Below, one piece after another: positions 11,876 to 24,232 of a stretch of 64,000 nucleotides of DNA. Every line of letters starts with the position of its first letter. The first letter of the stretch is position 1. Source of the stretch: Octopus sinensis (Eukaryota); assembly GCF_006345805.1 (NCBI RefSeq), contig NC_043001.1, positions 91,760,001 to 91,824,000 on the forward strand, written 5' to 3'. A program made the position numbers and the translations under genes. The notes beneath the pieces are model-generated. The model did not search any database. It was not told the DNA's origin and was given only the letters and a program-made list of their open reading frames with translations.

Positions 11876-12338
11876 TCTATTATATAAAATATGTTCTGTC
11901 TGTCTGTGTGTGTGTCGTGTGTCTTCTAGGATCTCGGGCATCCTCCATCCGATTGCGCTCAAATTTGATATGTAGATACCGACGGTATCAGGGCGTGAAT
12001 AAGTCTTGAAAAAATTACAAAAATCGATTCCAGGTGAGAATGCGATCGATAAAGCCGTGGGAACGTGCATTTGTACGCGCATATACATCAGCTGTTGCGA
12101 TGTACTTACTGGTAGTTTAAACTCTTCGGTTCAATATTTGTGTGAATAAAATCGTTCTTCTTTGGAATAGAAAAAAGTCTATCTTTATTTCTTCTTTTGT
12201 TGCTGTCTCAAATTTAGGTTAAATCAGTGTTTCTCAAAGGGAAGGCCTATGGGACGGTCGGACAAGTTGTTTTGAGAAAATTTGGTTTAAATGTTTGACA
12301 ACTCAGCACCGTCCATTGGACGGGGGCCGCTTTGCTCG
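11876..12338 (+). mobile_element. Non-autonomous Helitron-like element (Lep1/HINE-type architecture)
   Basis: 5' A|TC-tattatataaaa then a short (CTGT)/(GT) repeat; 3' hairpin ccgtcca-t-tggacgg then CTCG|T; second copy at 48338. Confidence 0.75.
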
Positions 12339-12429
12339 TATGTATATATGTGTATACTTGATATCTTTGTACTTGGGTTTTTCCATCCCGTTTGAAAGCC
12401 ATTGTTGGCTTGCTTACATTCCCGTAGCG

Positions 12430-12555
12430 TAAAGATGGAGTAAGTACATGGCTTAATAAAAAATGACTGGGGTCGACTTGCTTGACAAAATGATTTGTTC
12501 GAGAAACCCAGCATGGACGCACTCCAATGACTAAAACCAGTAAAAAGTAAAAAAT
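12430..12555 (+). mobile_element. SINE group B 3' tail fragment
   Basis: ggggtcgacttgcttgac...ccagcatgg...atgactaaaacc. Confidence 0.65.
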
Positions 12556-12630
12556 GTACTACACTTGAAATTAAATTATCAAATGTGTCAAACTGCTAAT
12601 CCTCGCAAGCTCCGCGACCACACACAAGTA

Positions 12631-12705
12631 GCTGCTGAAAATTTCCTGGCTTTGGCTAAAAGAAAATACAGGAGGACCAGTTAGTTATGATTTTATTCAA
12701 CATAT
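12631..12705 (+). mobile_element. mariner-type MITE end remnant
   Basis: Same sequence as the TA-preceded TIR-like piece at 28401 (gctgaaaa(t/g)ttcc(t/c)ggcttt...aaaagaaaat). Confidence 0.55.
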
Positions 12706-12742
12706 TGTAAAACTTAGGATTTTCACGCACTCCGACCTTGTA

Positions 12743-12930
12743 AAACCTTCACCAGCAACGACTACCCAAATAAACCCATAAGTTGGAGGGTTGTAATCCC
12801 CCAAGAGTTGGTGGATGCAGTGACGTGCTGGCACAGCGCATGTCCTCATATTCTACATACCATTGTTGTTCTTGCTTTCTGTCACATCTTGGAGGCCACG
12901 ATTCGGACATCAAAAACATTGAAGTTCTCT
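12743..12930 (+). mobile_element. Possible Gypsy-type pol (integrase zinc-binding region) remnant
   Basis: Open frame ...WRVVIPQELVDAVTCWHS...LHTI...FCHILEATIR resembles the RIVIPxxLxxxVLxxxH region; by eye only. Confidence 0.35.
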
Positions 12931-13045
12931 TTTTTCTTAGCATCAGTGAAATTTAACGAGGCAATTAGGAACTAATTTAACATTTACAGAGCGATATAGT
13001 TTGCATGTGTAATAATTAGAGAAGTATGGATGTCTCATACAATTA

Positions 13046-13092
13046 ACCTAATATTTTGTGTGTGTGTGTGTGTGTGTGTGCGTGCGTGTGTG

Positions 13093-13130
<38 letters not shown>

Positions 13131-13172
13131 GTGTGTGTGTGTGTGTGTGTGGGCGTTGCGTGTGTGAGCGGT

Positions 13173-13230
<58 letters not shown>
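13046..13230. repeat. Compound (GT)n microsatellite
   Basis: Direct inspection. Confidence 0.95.
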
Positions 13231-13231
<1 letters not shown>

Positions 13232-13459
13232 TTTTCTATCCACACCTTTTTGAATTAAGCAAATCCTCAGACAGTGGTAGTAGTTCTGTATTCCTTCGTC
13301 ATTTAGCTATTATTGAGGTCAGAATGTCGCTTGGAAGTTATACATGGTGTGCGAAAGAAACTTACGGTTTATTTATTTATTATCATCATTATTATTTTTT
13401 AATTATTATTATATTTACTTCTAAATACGACAGACGTATTTTCGAACGCCCGAAGTAAG

Positions 13460-14670
13460 TCTTGTTTAAAACTTTGGTTTACAGCCGCTTGTTGACGTCG
13501 GAAGGCCAAACTTCTGCGCCACCAAGAGGCTTCTAGCCTGTTTCCCAGAGAAACAAGATCCGGAGCCGGGTCACCGGGCTGCCAACAGCTTTTCTTTCTT
13601 TTCCTCAACCTTTCGAGCTGTCATGGTGATTGTAAGAGTGGGCTGCATAAATGTTCGCGGCCTGGGTTCATCCTCGAAGCAATGTCGCTTGCTCAATAGC
13701 TTCATGTCACTAGGTTTGAATGTGATAGCAGTCACTGAAAACATGATTTTCGACACTCACGATCTTGCACCCGTTTTCGACGATTATGAGACCTACGCAT
13801 CTCTTAGTCATCTCGGAATGAGAGGTGGGTTGACAGTACTGTTTAGGAAAGGTCTGGATTTTGAAGTTCTTGGATCCAGAGGGTAAGTTGGTGGTCCTGG
13901 ACATGAGTGACAGTGGAGGTGGTACCTTTAGACTAGTCACTGTTTACACCCCATAGGGGTGGGACAGCCTGATTTCTTCAGTTGTTTGGAGGTTTTCTTT
14001 GGGACGTCACCCCCTTTAATGCTAGTAGGTGAGTGGAACGCCATCTTCAACGCACGCCTAGATACGGTGGGTCTAGCTGATAGAAGAGCGGGAAGTAAAA
14101 ACCATATAAACTTGTTCAACCGCTTCCAGTTGGCTGGCAGGTACTGACTGGAATTCGCGAATGCGCCAATTTGGACATGGGCGAAACGCATCGGGTCTTC
14201 CAGATCGTATCTGTATTTTGCAGGCCTGTAGATAGAAGTAGCATAAGTTGTCCACGTTTCAAAGTCGTCGATTACATGAACTATAAATTAGTGATCTGTA
14301 CGGTTGACACAGATAGGATGCATAGACAGGGCCTCGGATACTGGAAGCTGACCGCGTTCTTCCTGACGCGCCGAACGTCCTTCTAGGCGCTCCAGGCGTC
14401 CTTCCCGACAGGTGTAATCATCAACAGCCGTTGGTGGATAGCCCTGAAAAGAGATATTATAGTAGAGACAGTAGGTTTTAGTAAGGAAATAGCGTTAGCG
14501 GAATCTAAGATAGATGGCGACCTAGTTAGGAAGCTAGAAAAAGTGCTTAGGAAAGGTATAGTGACTGACGTAATATGACGCTATTGGCTCTTGATCAATT
14601 CTTCAATGCCATGTACGACGGTTGCGTTGTCAGAGCTAGGAAGCATGCATTGTGTCGGAGGAGGGGACGA
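13460..14670 (+). mobile_element. Tx1/L1-clade LINE remnant: APE endonuclease domain of ORF2 (ATG at 13623), disrupted
   Basis: INVRGL, AVTE, LVGEWNAIF (GDFN-like), GYWKL motifs; stops and frameshifts. Confidence 0.85.
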
Positions 14671-14673
14671 AAA

Positions 14674-15168
14674 ACTTCTTACATACTAAAAAGGGCAGTT
14701 AAACCCAAACCACGAGAAAATAATTCTTAAGGTACGCTGTTAATGGCACTAGAATAAACAAAATAAAAAATGAGTTAATCCTATACTGGAATTTCGCTAT
14801 TAATGACAAAATAAATTAATTTGACATCCGTAGCTCAACAGTAGGATCGCTATAGAATGCATAATTATGTAGCTTTAATACGTACCGAAAACACATGTGC
14901 TAGACAGCTCCATCTTTATACATTATGGATTCAAATGCGTTCAAATGGTTCACATGCGTAATAAAAGTCATAAGACATAACATATTTTTATATATAAGAA
15001 TGTATAAAAATGTATACACAGAGAGAATATCCTTGACAGGACTTCTTGCATGCTAAAAAGGGCAGTTAAACACAAGCTATCAAAAAAGAAATATTAAGGC
15101 ACGCTTTTAATGGCGCTAGAGGGAACAAAATAAAAAATTAGTTAATCCTGTACTCGAATTTCGCTATT
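14674..15168 (+). repeat. Diverged direct repeat, ~128 bp twice (14674-14801 and 15041-15168)
   Basis: acttctt.cat.ctaaaaagggcagttaaac ... gttaatcct.tact.gaatttcgctatt in both. Confidence 0.85.
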
Positions 15169-15252
15169 ATATATATATATACATATGTATATATATATGC
15201 ATGGGCATATATATATAGACATATATACATATGTATGTGTGTGTTTATCAAA

Positions 15253-15600
15253 TACGGCGGTCATTGAATCAATACATCTGTATGCCGCTTCATCGTGGAC
15301 ACTGAGAAAAAGTCTTAAAAGAAGCTTGGTGGTACATACATGAGAATTCTCCGTGCACTTCTCAATCTTTATTGGTAGCAACTTGCAACAAAATAATAAC
15401 TGAATGGCAGTCTTCCTTGATAATCAGAGCTTTGATAATCAGAGCCTTGATAACCACTGCCTTGATAATCAGAGACAGAAGTGTTACGCAGGGCACTGCT
15501 GGAAAAGCAAGGATGAAACATCCAGAGATTTCTGTTTCTGGACATTCACACATTGACATACAAGTATCACATGGTGGCTGCCCCCTCGTTATCAGGTATG
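15253..15600 (+). mobile_element. RTE-X/RTE-like LINE C-terminal remnant
   Basis: AVIESIHLYAASSWTL...GTYMRILRALLN...YAGHCWKSKDE, assembled across frameshifts. Confidence 0.7.
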
Positions 15601-16411
15601 GCCACTACATGAAGCTTAATCAATGTGGTTATCGTACAATGCCTGTGCAAGAAGATTTTTTAAGTGAGGAAAGCCTGTGCAATGAGTCAATCCCACTCAC
15701 TAAGCAACAGCAGCCATAATCCGAAAAGAAGAACAAGTTTACATCATCGGTAACCACTGAGCCGCAGGTTTTATGTCGGAGTTATCCCAGTTACCTGAGT
15801 TATATTCTCCTTGAAGGATGCCCTAACAAAGGCTAGGAGTCCTTCACTCCCAATGCTTTAACCGCGCGATCGGGTATTCAGTCCGATTATTTCTATGTCA
15901 CCGCGCTTGATACAGTCTTAAGACATTTATTGGATGGCCGTTGACTCTCAAGAGTTCCTCCGCCCTTTGACGGGTTTTGTTTTTCATTCCGCAGGGTGTC
16001 CAATAGACACTCTCCTCACCAAGCAAGCTTGGTGGGGTTGCCGATTTAGTTGCCGACGACCCGACCATGCAACAGGTTGTACTGGATTACATGTTACCAG
16101 TAGCACTCGAAAGTGACCTGACATATACATACAAGTATAAGTAGAATAAAAAGAGCATATATCGACCAACTCGGGAAACCAAGCTGAGGATATGCTGACT
16201 TCCATGAAGATCAGGTCATGTAGTGTGAACGTGTTGCATTGGTCCGACCGGATAGACGAATATCAAATACATGCGTTGCTTAGTGATAGAAACATCGAAT
16301 TACACGATAACTCTATCAGTAGCACAGGGGCTATTTGAACGGAATAACTATCGTTTGTTGCTTTATAACAGATAAATAAGTCGATTTAAATGTATTGTGC
16401 GTATATATACA

Positions 16412-16860
16412 ATAGGCGCAGGAGTGGCTGTGTATAGGCGCAGGAGTGGCTGCAATAGGGGCAGGAGTGGCTGTGTGGTAAGTAGCTTGCTAACCAACCA
16501 CATGGTACCGGAATCAGTCCCACTGCGTGGCATCTTGGGCAAGTGTCTTCTGCTATAGCCCCGGGCCGACCAATGCCTTGTGAGTGGATTTGGTAGACGG
16601 AAACTGAAAGAAGCCTGTCGGATATATGTATATATGTATATGTGTGTGTGTATGTCTGTGTTTGTCCCCCTAGCATTGCTTGACAACCGATGCTGGTGTG
16701 TTTACGTCCCCGTAACTTAGCGGTTCGGCAAAAAAGACCGATAGAATAAGTACTGGGCTTAAAAAGAATAAGTCCCGGGGTCGATTTGCTCGACTAAAGG
16801 CGGTGCTCCAGCATGGCCGCAGTCAAATGACTGAAACAAGTAAAAGAATAAAAGAAAGAA
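16412..16860 (+). mobile_element. SINE group B, full-length, with triplicated first ~20 bp
   Basis: taggcgcaggagtggctg-like motif at 16413, 16435 and 16456, then a normal body and tail. Confidence 0.9.
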
Positions 16861-17051
16861 AGAAAAATGCACACAAGGAAACCTTATAACTAATACATAT
16901 ACACATACATGTGTGTGTACGTTGAGTCATTTATACATAAACATACACACACACATGCACACACATACATACTTTTATTCTTTAACTTGTATCAGTCACC
17001 TGACAGCGGCCATGCTGGAGTACCGCGCGTATGTATGTATGTATATATATA

Positions 17052-17110
<59 letters not shown>

Positions 17111-17534
17111 ATATATATATAAATATATATATGTACTGACATATAGACTTATGCATGTAATATACATCTACACACACACACACACACATACACACAAAAT
17201 ATCTGTGATGCGGTTGGTGTTGTTGCTGTGATGGTGATGATGATGATGATCATCATCATCATGAGCATGATCATGATCATGATGATGGTGATGATGATGA
17301 TCATGACGATAATTACACCTTCAGAATAAAATAGGCCAACTTATGGTTAACTGGCAGAGCGTGTCTGGCCAAAATAATAGTCGTTCGTGACTCACGGCTC
17401 AGGCGCATCATCATTCGACCGTAACAAAGAATTTTATAGTAAGAGCGAAGAAAACAACCATAGCAGCCACAATCATAACAACAGCAGCAACAACAATAAC
17501 TACAACAAATACAAGTTGTTTTAATGACGAAAGA

Positions 17535-17585
17535 TAATCATCATCATCATCATTATCATCGTCGTCGTCATTCTTCTTCTTCGTC

Positions 17586-17641
<56 letters not shown>

Positions 17642-17914
17642 GAGTGAGCGAGCAGAGCATGCCATCAAAGTGACACTGGGGTAAAATATACGAAGCCCAG
17701 TATACCCATCATGACTACCCGTCTGATAAGGGTATTATTATTATTATTATTATTATTATCATTATTATTATTACTATTATTTTATTATTATTATTATTAT
17801 TATCATCATCATCATTATCATCATCATCATCATCATAATCATCATCATCATCATCATCTTATTATTATTATTATTATTTTATTATTATTATTAATATTAT
17901 CATTATTATTATTA

Positions 17915-17951
<37 letters not shown>

Positions 17952-17995
17952 GTTATCATTATCATCATCATCATCATCATCATCATTGTTATTGT

Positions 17996-18027
<32 letters not shown>

Positions 18028-18065
18028 ATTATTATTATTATTATTATTGTTATTGTTATTATTTT
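17535..18065. repeat. (CAT)n/(ATT)n mosaic with a short non-microsatellite insert at 17642-17732 (probable SINE tail)
   Basis: Direct inspection; identity of the insert is inferred. Confidence 0.85.
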
Positions 18066-18303
18066 CATGAAACTGTTATCTTAGACGAACACCGTCAATA
18101 ATGTCTCCACATAACGATTTTTAATATATATTTGCGTATTACACAGACACACACATAAGCACACACACATACATACATACATACATACAGACAGACACAC
18201 ACACAGACATATACACACACAAACACACACACATATATACATACATATGTTTGTAAGTATAGTCACACACGTTTATATGTGTGTGCATATATATATGTAT
18301 ATG

Positions 18304-18355
<52 letters not shown>

Positions 18356-18510
18356 TATATATAATATATATATATATATATTATATATATATATATATAT
18401 GTATATGTAGTAAGTCCCTAAAAACGAATAACAAACAAGAAAAAGATAGCAACGCGAGGACGTGATACATGCAAAGTATTAGCAGATGCTCAGGGAAGGA
18501 AAGAAAGGCA

Positions 18511-18544
18511 GTTTTACATTTCGAGCAAGCTCTTCGTCAGAATA
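18511..18544 (-). ncRNA. Minimal type I hammerhead-like motif (canonical core CUGACGA) within a ~125-bp repeat (18420-18545)
   Basis: Reverse complement: CTGACGA-a-gag-cttg-ctc-GAA-atgt-A-aaac; stem I degenerate; flank homologous to 20444-20575. Confidence 0.65.
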
Positions 18545-18692
18545 TACATACATACATATACATATATACATACATATACATATATACATATATACATATA
18601 TCATATATATATATATATATATATACATATATATATACGTATATACATATATATGTACATATATTTATATGTATATATATATATATATATAT

Positions 18693-18741
<49 letters not shown>

Positions 18742-18842
18742 ATATATGTGTGGGTGTGTATATATATTTACATATAAATATATGTACATATATATGTATA
18801 TACATGTGTATATAGATATATACGTATATATATACATATATT

Positions 18843-18902
<60 letters not shown>

Positions 18903-18989
18903 TATATATAAGTACATGCCCATTTTTAAGGGAAATTAAAAGACAAAACAAAATTATGCCATTAAATATTTATTCAACTAAATATGAAC

Positions 18990-19029
<40 letters not shown>

Positions 19030-19045
19030 TATATATACATACATA
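18545..19045. repeat. Long degenerate (AT)n tract
   Basis: Direct inspection. Confidence 0.95.
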
Positions 19046-19154
19046 TATCGTTGCAAAAATTGTTGAAGGTGATTGAATGTTATTCTATTTCTTGAAGCCT
19101 TACACATACACATATATAAACATACACACAGACACACATACACACTCATGTATG

Positions 19155-19378
19155 TGTACTCTTTTACTTGTTTCAGTCATTTGACTGTGGCCATGCTGGA
19201 GCGCCGCCTTTAGTCGAGCAAATCGACCCTAGGACTTATTCTTTTTAAGCCTAGTACTTATTCTATCAGTCTCTTTTGCCGAACTTCTAAGTTACGGAGA
19301 CGTAAACACACCAACATCGGTTGTCAAGCGATGTTGGGGGGACAAACACAGACACACATATACACACACATACATACA

Positions 19379-19462
<84 letters not shown>

Positions 19463-19640
19463 ATACACATACATATATACGACGGGCTTCTCTCAGTTTC
19501 CGTCTACCAAATCCACTCGCAAGGCTTTGATCGACCCGAGGCTATAGTAGAAGATACTTGCCCATGGTCCCACGCAGTGGGACTGAACCCGGATCCATGT
19601 GGTTGGTAAGCAAGCTACTTACCACACAGCCACTCCTACG
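19155..19640 (-). mobile_element. SINE group B, full-length
   Basis: Reverse complement of the 1842/16456 architecture, including the internal microsatellite. Confidence 0.9.
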
Positions 19641-19667
19641 CCTGTAGATATATATATATATAATATA

Positions 19668-19715
<48 letters not shown>

Positions 19716-19725
19716 GTATATATGT

Positions 19726-19788
<63 letters not shown>

Positions 19789-20442
19789 TATATACCTCCC
19801 TTACAAATAAACCAGAACTACTTACCTCCCTTACAAATAATCTTTTTTCTCAGGAACTATTAGACCTGACACCGTGTATTAACCGGTGTTGTTCAAACGA
19901 TGAATAGCTTAGCCTAAAGCATGGTCCGTTTTGTTCTCTTAGTTTATTATCATCTCAAAATAATCTCATAATAATGACTTTTATGACTCGTATTACTACT
20001 TCAGTCAATCTAAATGTATATATTTGTCTTTACCTGTCATAAATACCCTTTTTTTTATTTGCAATGTGCATTTTCGTTGATTTTTCATATTTTACCCCTA
20101 TATATATACTAATCGAAATATGCAGTATTACTTATATGTTACGGCCGATCTTACCAATCGGTTTTGCACTAGTGGTTAAGAGAGTGTTTGCATAACTACT
20201 GGACTACAGGTCTCGTATCTAACACTTCGTGAAGCACTAGAGCGAAGCTGTTTAACAAGATCGACCGTAATGGATATGTAATACTGTACACTTCGATTAA
20301 TATATCCATTCTATTGACAAATAAACGAGAACATAATTTTTTCTGACTTATGGCTTCTTAGATAACTGTATGTGACCTCGTGTGTACCGTTGGCGATTTT
20401 CTTTCATCTGTCTTCCCTTCTCTGGATCTTTCCTTCTCCTAT

Positions 20443-20477
20443 GTTTCCGACGAAGAGCTCCGCTCGAAACGTTAAAC
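20443..20477 (+). ncRNA. Minimal type I hammerhead-like motif (core CCGACGA plus extra A)
   Basis: gttt-CCGACGA-a-gagc-tcc-gctc-GAA-acgt-T-aaac: stem I and stem II fully paired, palindromic stem III. Confidence 0.75.
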
Positions 20478-20729
20478 CCCACTTTTTTCCTTCTTTCCTG
20501 AGCGTCCAATAATATTATATTTGTTCCACGTCCTCACGTTGTTGTATTTTTTGTGGTTTCTTGTTTGGATTAACTTTATATATATATACATGTATGAATG
20601 CATGTGTGTGTATGCGTGCGTGTGTATGTATAGACATACATAAATATATACATATATACACACACATATGTATATATATACATATGTATGTAATACATAC
20701 ATACATACATACATACATACATACATACA

Positions 20730-20761
<32 letters not shown>

Positions 20762-20960
20762 ATACAAATAAGAAATGAAGAAACAAATTTAGTTTGTTCA
20801 TCAACTTACGGATATTATAATGTTAGATTATTTATTCATTTTACAAATGGGAACATCAAAAGCATACAAAAATATTATATAAATCAATAGATAAGATAAT
20901 AATGCAAATACAGATTTTTAAAGCCATATTATAATTTAATGAGATCCTAAAAACTTACTT

Positions 20961-21098
20961 CTTACAGCTGTTTCAGCCTATGGTCATAAGTGAATCTAAT
21001 TTTCATTGCCTATAGATGTCAACATACTAATGTTGTAGGCATTTAAAAAATATAATACTTATATATAATACTTATATAATACATAGGCCTCGTCAGAG
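20961..21098 (-). ncRNA. Hammerhead-like motif with canonical core and ~100-nt stem II insertion
   Basis: Reverse complement: CTGACGA-ggcctatg...cataggct-GAA-acagctgt-A; 8-bp stem II, 8-nt palindromic stem III; stem I only 2 bp. Confidence 0.65.
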
Positions 21099-21139
21099 GT
21101 TATAATTAACTTTAAAAATATTAATAATAATATCAATAA

Positions 21140-21340
21140 GCGAGCAGGCCAACAGAAGAAAGAGTGAGAGAAAGTTGTGGCGAAAGAGTATAGCAGGGAT
21201 CGCAACCACCCCCTATCGGAGCCTCGTGGAGCTTTTACGTGTTTTCGCTCAATAAATACTCAACAACGCCCGGTCTGGGAATCGAAACCGCGATCCTACG
21301 ACCTCGAGTCCGCTGCCCTAACTACTGGGACATTGCGCCT
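21140..21340 (-). mobile_element. SINE group C, head and body
   Basis: Reverse complement of the 41091 head; tail begins gcgagcaggccaac as at 24220-24232. Confidence 0.85.
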
Positions 21341-21461
21341 ATACATATAACTTAGGCATCTTATGATCTAATGTTTAAAATTTTCGCTTTGCAATCACAA
21401 CTTCATGTGTTCAATCTCTCTGCGGAACATTTTGAGCAAACGTCATTTTCCATGGCCTCTC

Positions 21462-21723
21462 TTTTCTTCTTCTTCTTCTTCTTCTTCTTCTTTTCTTCTT
21501 CTTCTTCTTCTTCTTCTTCTTCTTCTTCTTCTTCTTCTCCTCCTTCTTCTTCTTCTTCGTCTTCTTCTCCTCTTCTTCTTCTTCTTCTTCTTCTTCTTCT
21601 TCTTCTTCTCCTCCTCCTTCTTCTTCTTCGTCTTCTTCTCTTCTTCTTCTTCTTCTTCTTCTTCTCATTCTATTTCTTCTTCTTCTTCTTCTTCTTCTTA
21701 TTCTTCTCATTCTTCTCATTCTT

Positions 21724-21754
<31 letters not shown>

Positions 21755-21843
21755 TTCTTCTCATTCTTCTCATTCTTCTTCTTCTTCTTCTTCTTCTTCT
21801 TCTTCTTCTTCTCTTCTTCTTCTCCTCCTCCTTCTTCTTCTTC
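21462..21843. repeat. ~380-bp (TTC)n polypyrimidine tract
   Basis: Direct inspection; a few TCC, TCG and TCA interruptions. Confidence 0.97.
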
Positions 21844-22236
21844 AATCCATCCTTCATCTTCCACTCTCCTTATTCTCAGTACAAAGTGAAGCAGAATATG
21901 CTCCAATCAAACTTTATGCCACAAAACTATTCTTATTTCATTTCATCCTTATTATTATTTTCTTTTTCTTTTATTTACTAAACAGGTATACACTCTTCTG
22001 TCACCCGCTCTTCCTCTCCGAAGCACATCTCAATTAATCCCCAGCAGCACCACCACCCTCTCCACTATCACAACTATCACCACCATCACAACCACCTCCA
22101 CCGAACTCCATTTCTTACCGTAAACCCCACTTAACGCATTCCACCTCCAACTCCTTCCATCCTCCTACTCACCCCACAATATTTCTTTTAACCTTATTCA
22201 TCTTAAACAGACCGTTTTATTGAATAAATTGGAACG

Positions 22237-22264
22237 TATCTATACGTACATATGTATAGATAGG

Positions 22265-22315
<51 letters not shown>

Positions 22316-22403
22316 TGGTGTGTGTGTGTACATATACACGCACACATATGCTGTATGTAGTGTATCTGTGTGTGCAAGTGTGTGTACATATGTATATATA
22401 TAT

Positions 22404-22476
<73 letters not shown>

Positions 22477-22860
22477 CATATATATATATATATACATACA
22501 CACACATATATATTATATATATACAGCATGCATACATACATACACTTATGTTGGTTATTATAGTGCTTGTATATATATATATATATATATCTACACACAC
22601 GCACACAACACACACATATATATGTATATAAACTAATATATACCTATATATATTCTGGTAGCTTTTGTATGATCAACTTCATCATTATCATCATCGTCCA
22701 TCATCTTTATTATTATTATTATCATTATATTATTATATTATATTATTATTATTATTATTATATTATTATATTATTATATTATTATTATGATTATTATTCA
22801 TCATCGTTATCATCATCATCATCATCATCATTTTATTATTATTATTATGATTATTATCGA
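22237..22860. repeat. (AT)n/(GT)n and (ATT)n/(CAT)n microsatellite cluster
   Basis: Direct inspection. Confidence 0.9.
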
Positions 22861-23178
22861 AAGAATAATTGAAAGAAAAAATAAGAGAAATAAATAAATA
22901 AAGAGGTAAGTGTTTGCAACGCTTCACAAGAAACCCCGTTGTTAATTTAAGAAATCACGAAGCAAACAATAGCTACGTAATTTAAGACGTTGGTGATGGA
23001 CCCCGATTAAATCATATCACGAGATTTTAATCAGCGAGTTGCCCAGTCCGCTAGGGAGTTTAGACAACCGCCATAAACAGTGCGTTGGTTCATGTCTCTT
23101 CCTACGCTACGAGTTCATGGCCGTTGTACTTAATTTTTTCTCGCCTTATATCAGTGATTCGTTATTATTCTCATGTAT

Positions 23179-23503
23179 AAGGCGGCAAGCTGGCAGAATC
23201 GTTAGCAAGCCAGGCGAAATGCTTAGCGGTATTTCGTCTGCCGCTACGTTCTGAGTTCAAATTCCGCCGAGGTCGACTTTGCCTTTCATCCTTTCGGGGT
23301 CGATTAAATAAGTACCAGTTACGCACTGGAGTCGATATAATCGATTAATCCCTTTATCTGTCCTTGTTTGACCTCTCTGTGTTTAGCCCCTTGTGGGTAG
23401 TAAAGAAATAGGTATTTCGTCTGTCTGTACGCTCTGAGTTCAAATTCCGCCGAGGTCGACTTTGCCTTTCATCCTTTCGGGGGTCGATAAATTAAGTACC
23501 AGT
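23179..23503 (+). mobile_element. SINE group A, full copy plus head-less second unit
   Basis: Head aaggcggcaagctggcagaatcgttagc; junction aaagaaata|ggtatttcgtctg at 23410/23411. Confidence 0.92.
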
Positions 23504-23529
23504 CGTATAGATATATGTATATATCTATG

Positions 23530-23655
23530 TGTGTGTGTGTCTTTGTATCTGTATTTGTCCCCACATCACAGCTTGGTGTGTTTACGTTCTCATAACTTAG
23601 CGATTCGGCAAAAGAAACCGATAGAGTAAGTACTATGTTTACAAATACTAAGACC
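23530..23655 (+). mobile_element. SINE group B 3'-half fragment
   Basis: ggtgtgtttacgt...taacttagcgattcggcaaaagaaaccgatag. Confidence 0.75.
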
Positions 23656-24111
23656 TGGGGGTGGAGTCAAGTGATTTAAACAGGTGAAAGAAAAAAAGAA
23701 AATATATATATTTGTATGTATGTGTATATATTATTTTCACCCTCATTTTTTCATGAATGTACACTGATTTATTTCCGGCTCAGCTAAACTCTAGACACAA
23801 CGAAAATTTGAATTTAATGATGTCTATATAAGAACAAATTTTTGTAGCTAAATTCACAAGATGAAGGCAGAGCAGGCAATATTTAGCCGAAAGATCTGTG
23901 TCTCGTATTCGGCTAACACGACTTACAATTTGCTTCTTCTTTTTTTTTTTGGACACAAGATGTCCATTCCATCGAATGTTATTTCCACTTTCGAATGAGT
24001 TGAGCATATTATAAACTGATGTACATATATGTTTCTGTATATATGTGTGTATATATGTATTTGTGTATATGCACACATATATTTGTGAATATATATACTT
24101 ATACATATATC

Positions 24112-24232
24112 ACCGTGATCACCGTGATCGACCAGGCTATCAGATGTTGCTACACATCGCTGGTCACAATGTGCTTCGCATTGTTTTAGCCTCCAAATGA
24201 CGCCACCCCGCTGGCTAAGCGAGCGGGCCAAC
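24112..24232 (-). mobile_element. SINE tail fragment (alternative group C tail)
   Basis: Ends in gcgagcgggccaac, matching the distal end of the 21140 copy. Confidence 0.5.

Noticed and set aside
19875-19930. Possible ninth hammerhead (aaacg..atga..catg-gtc-cgttt)
   Set aside because: Stem I and a GUC site are present but CUG and G12 are missing; at best a dead remnant, so not counted
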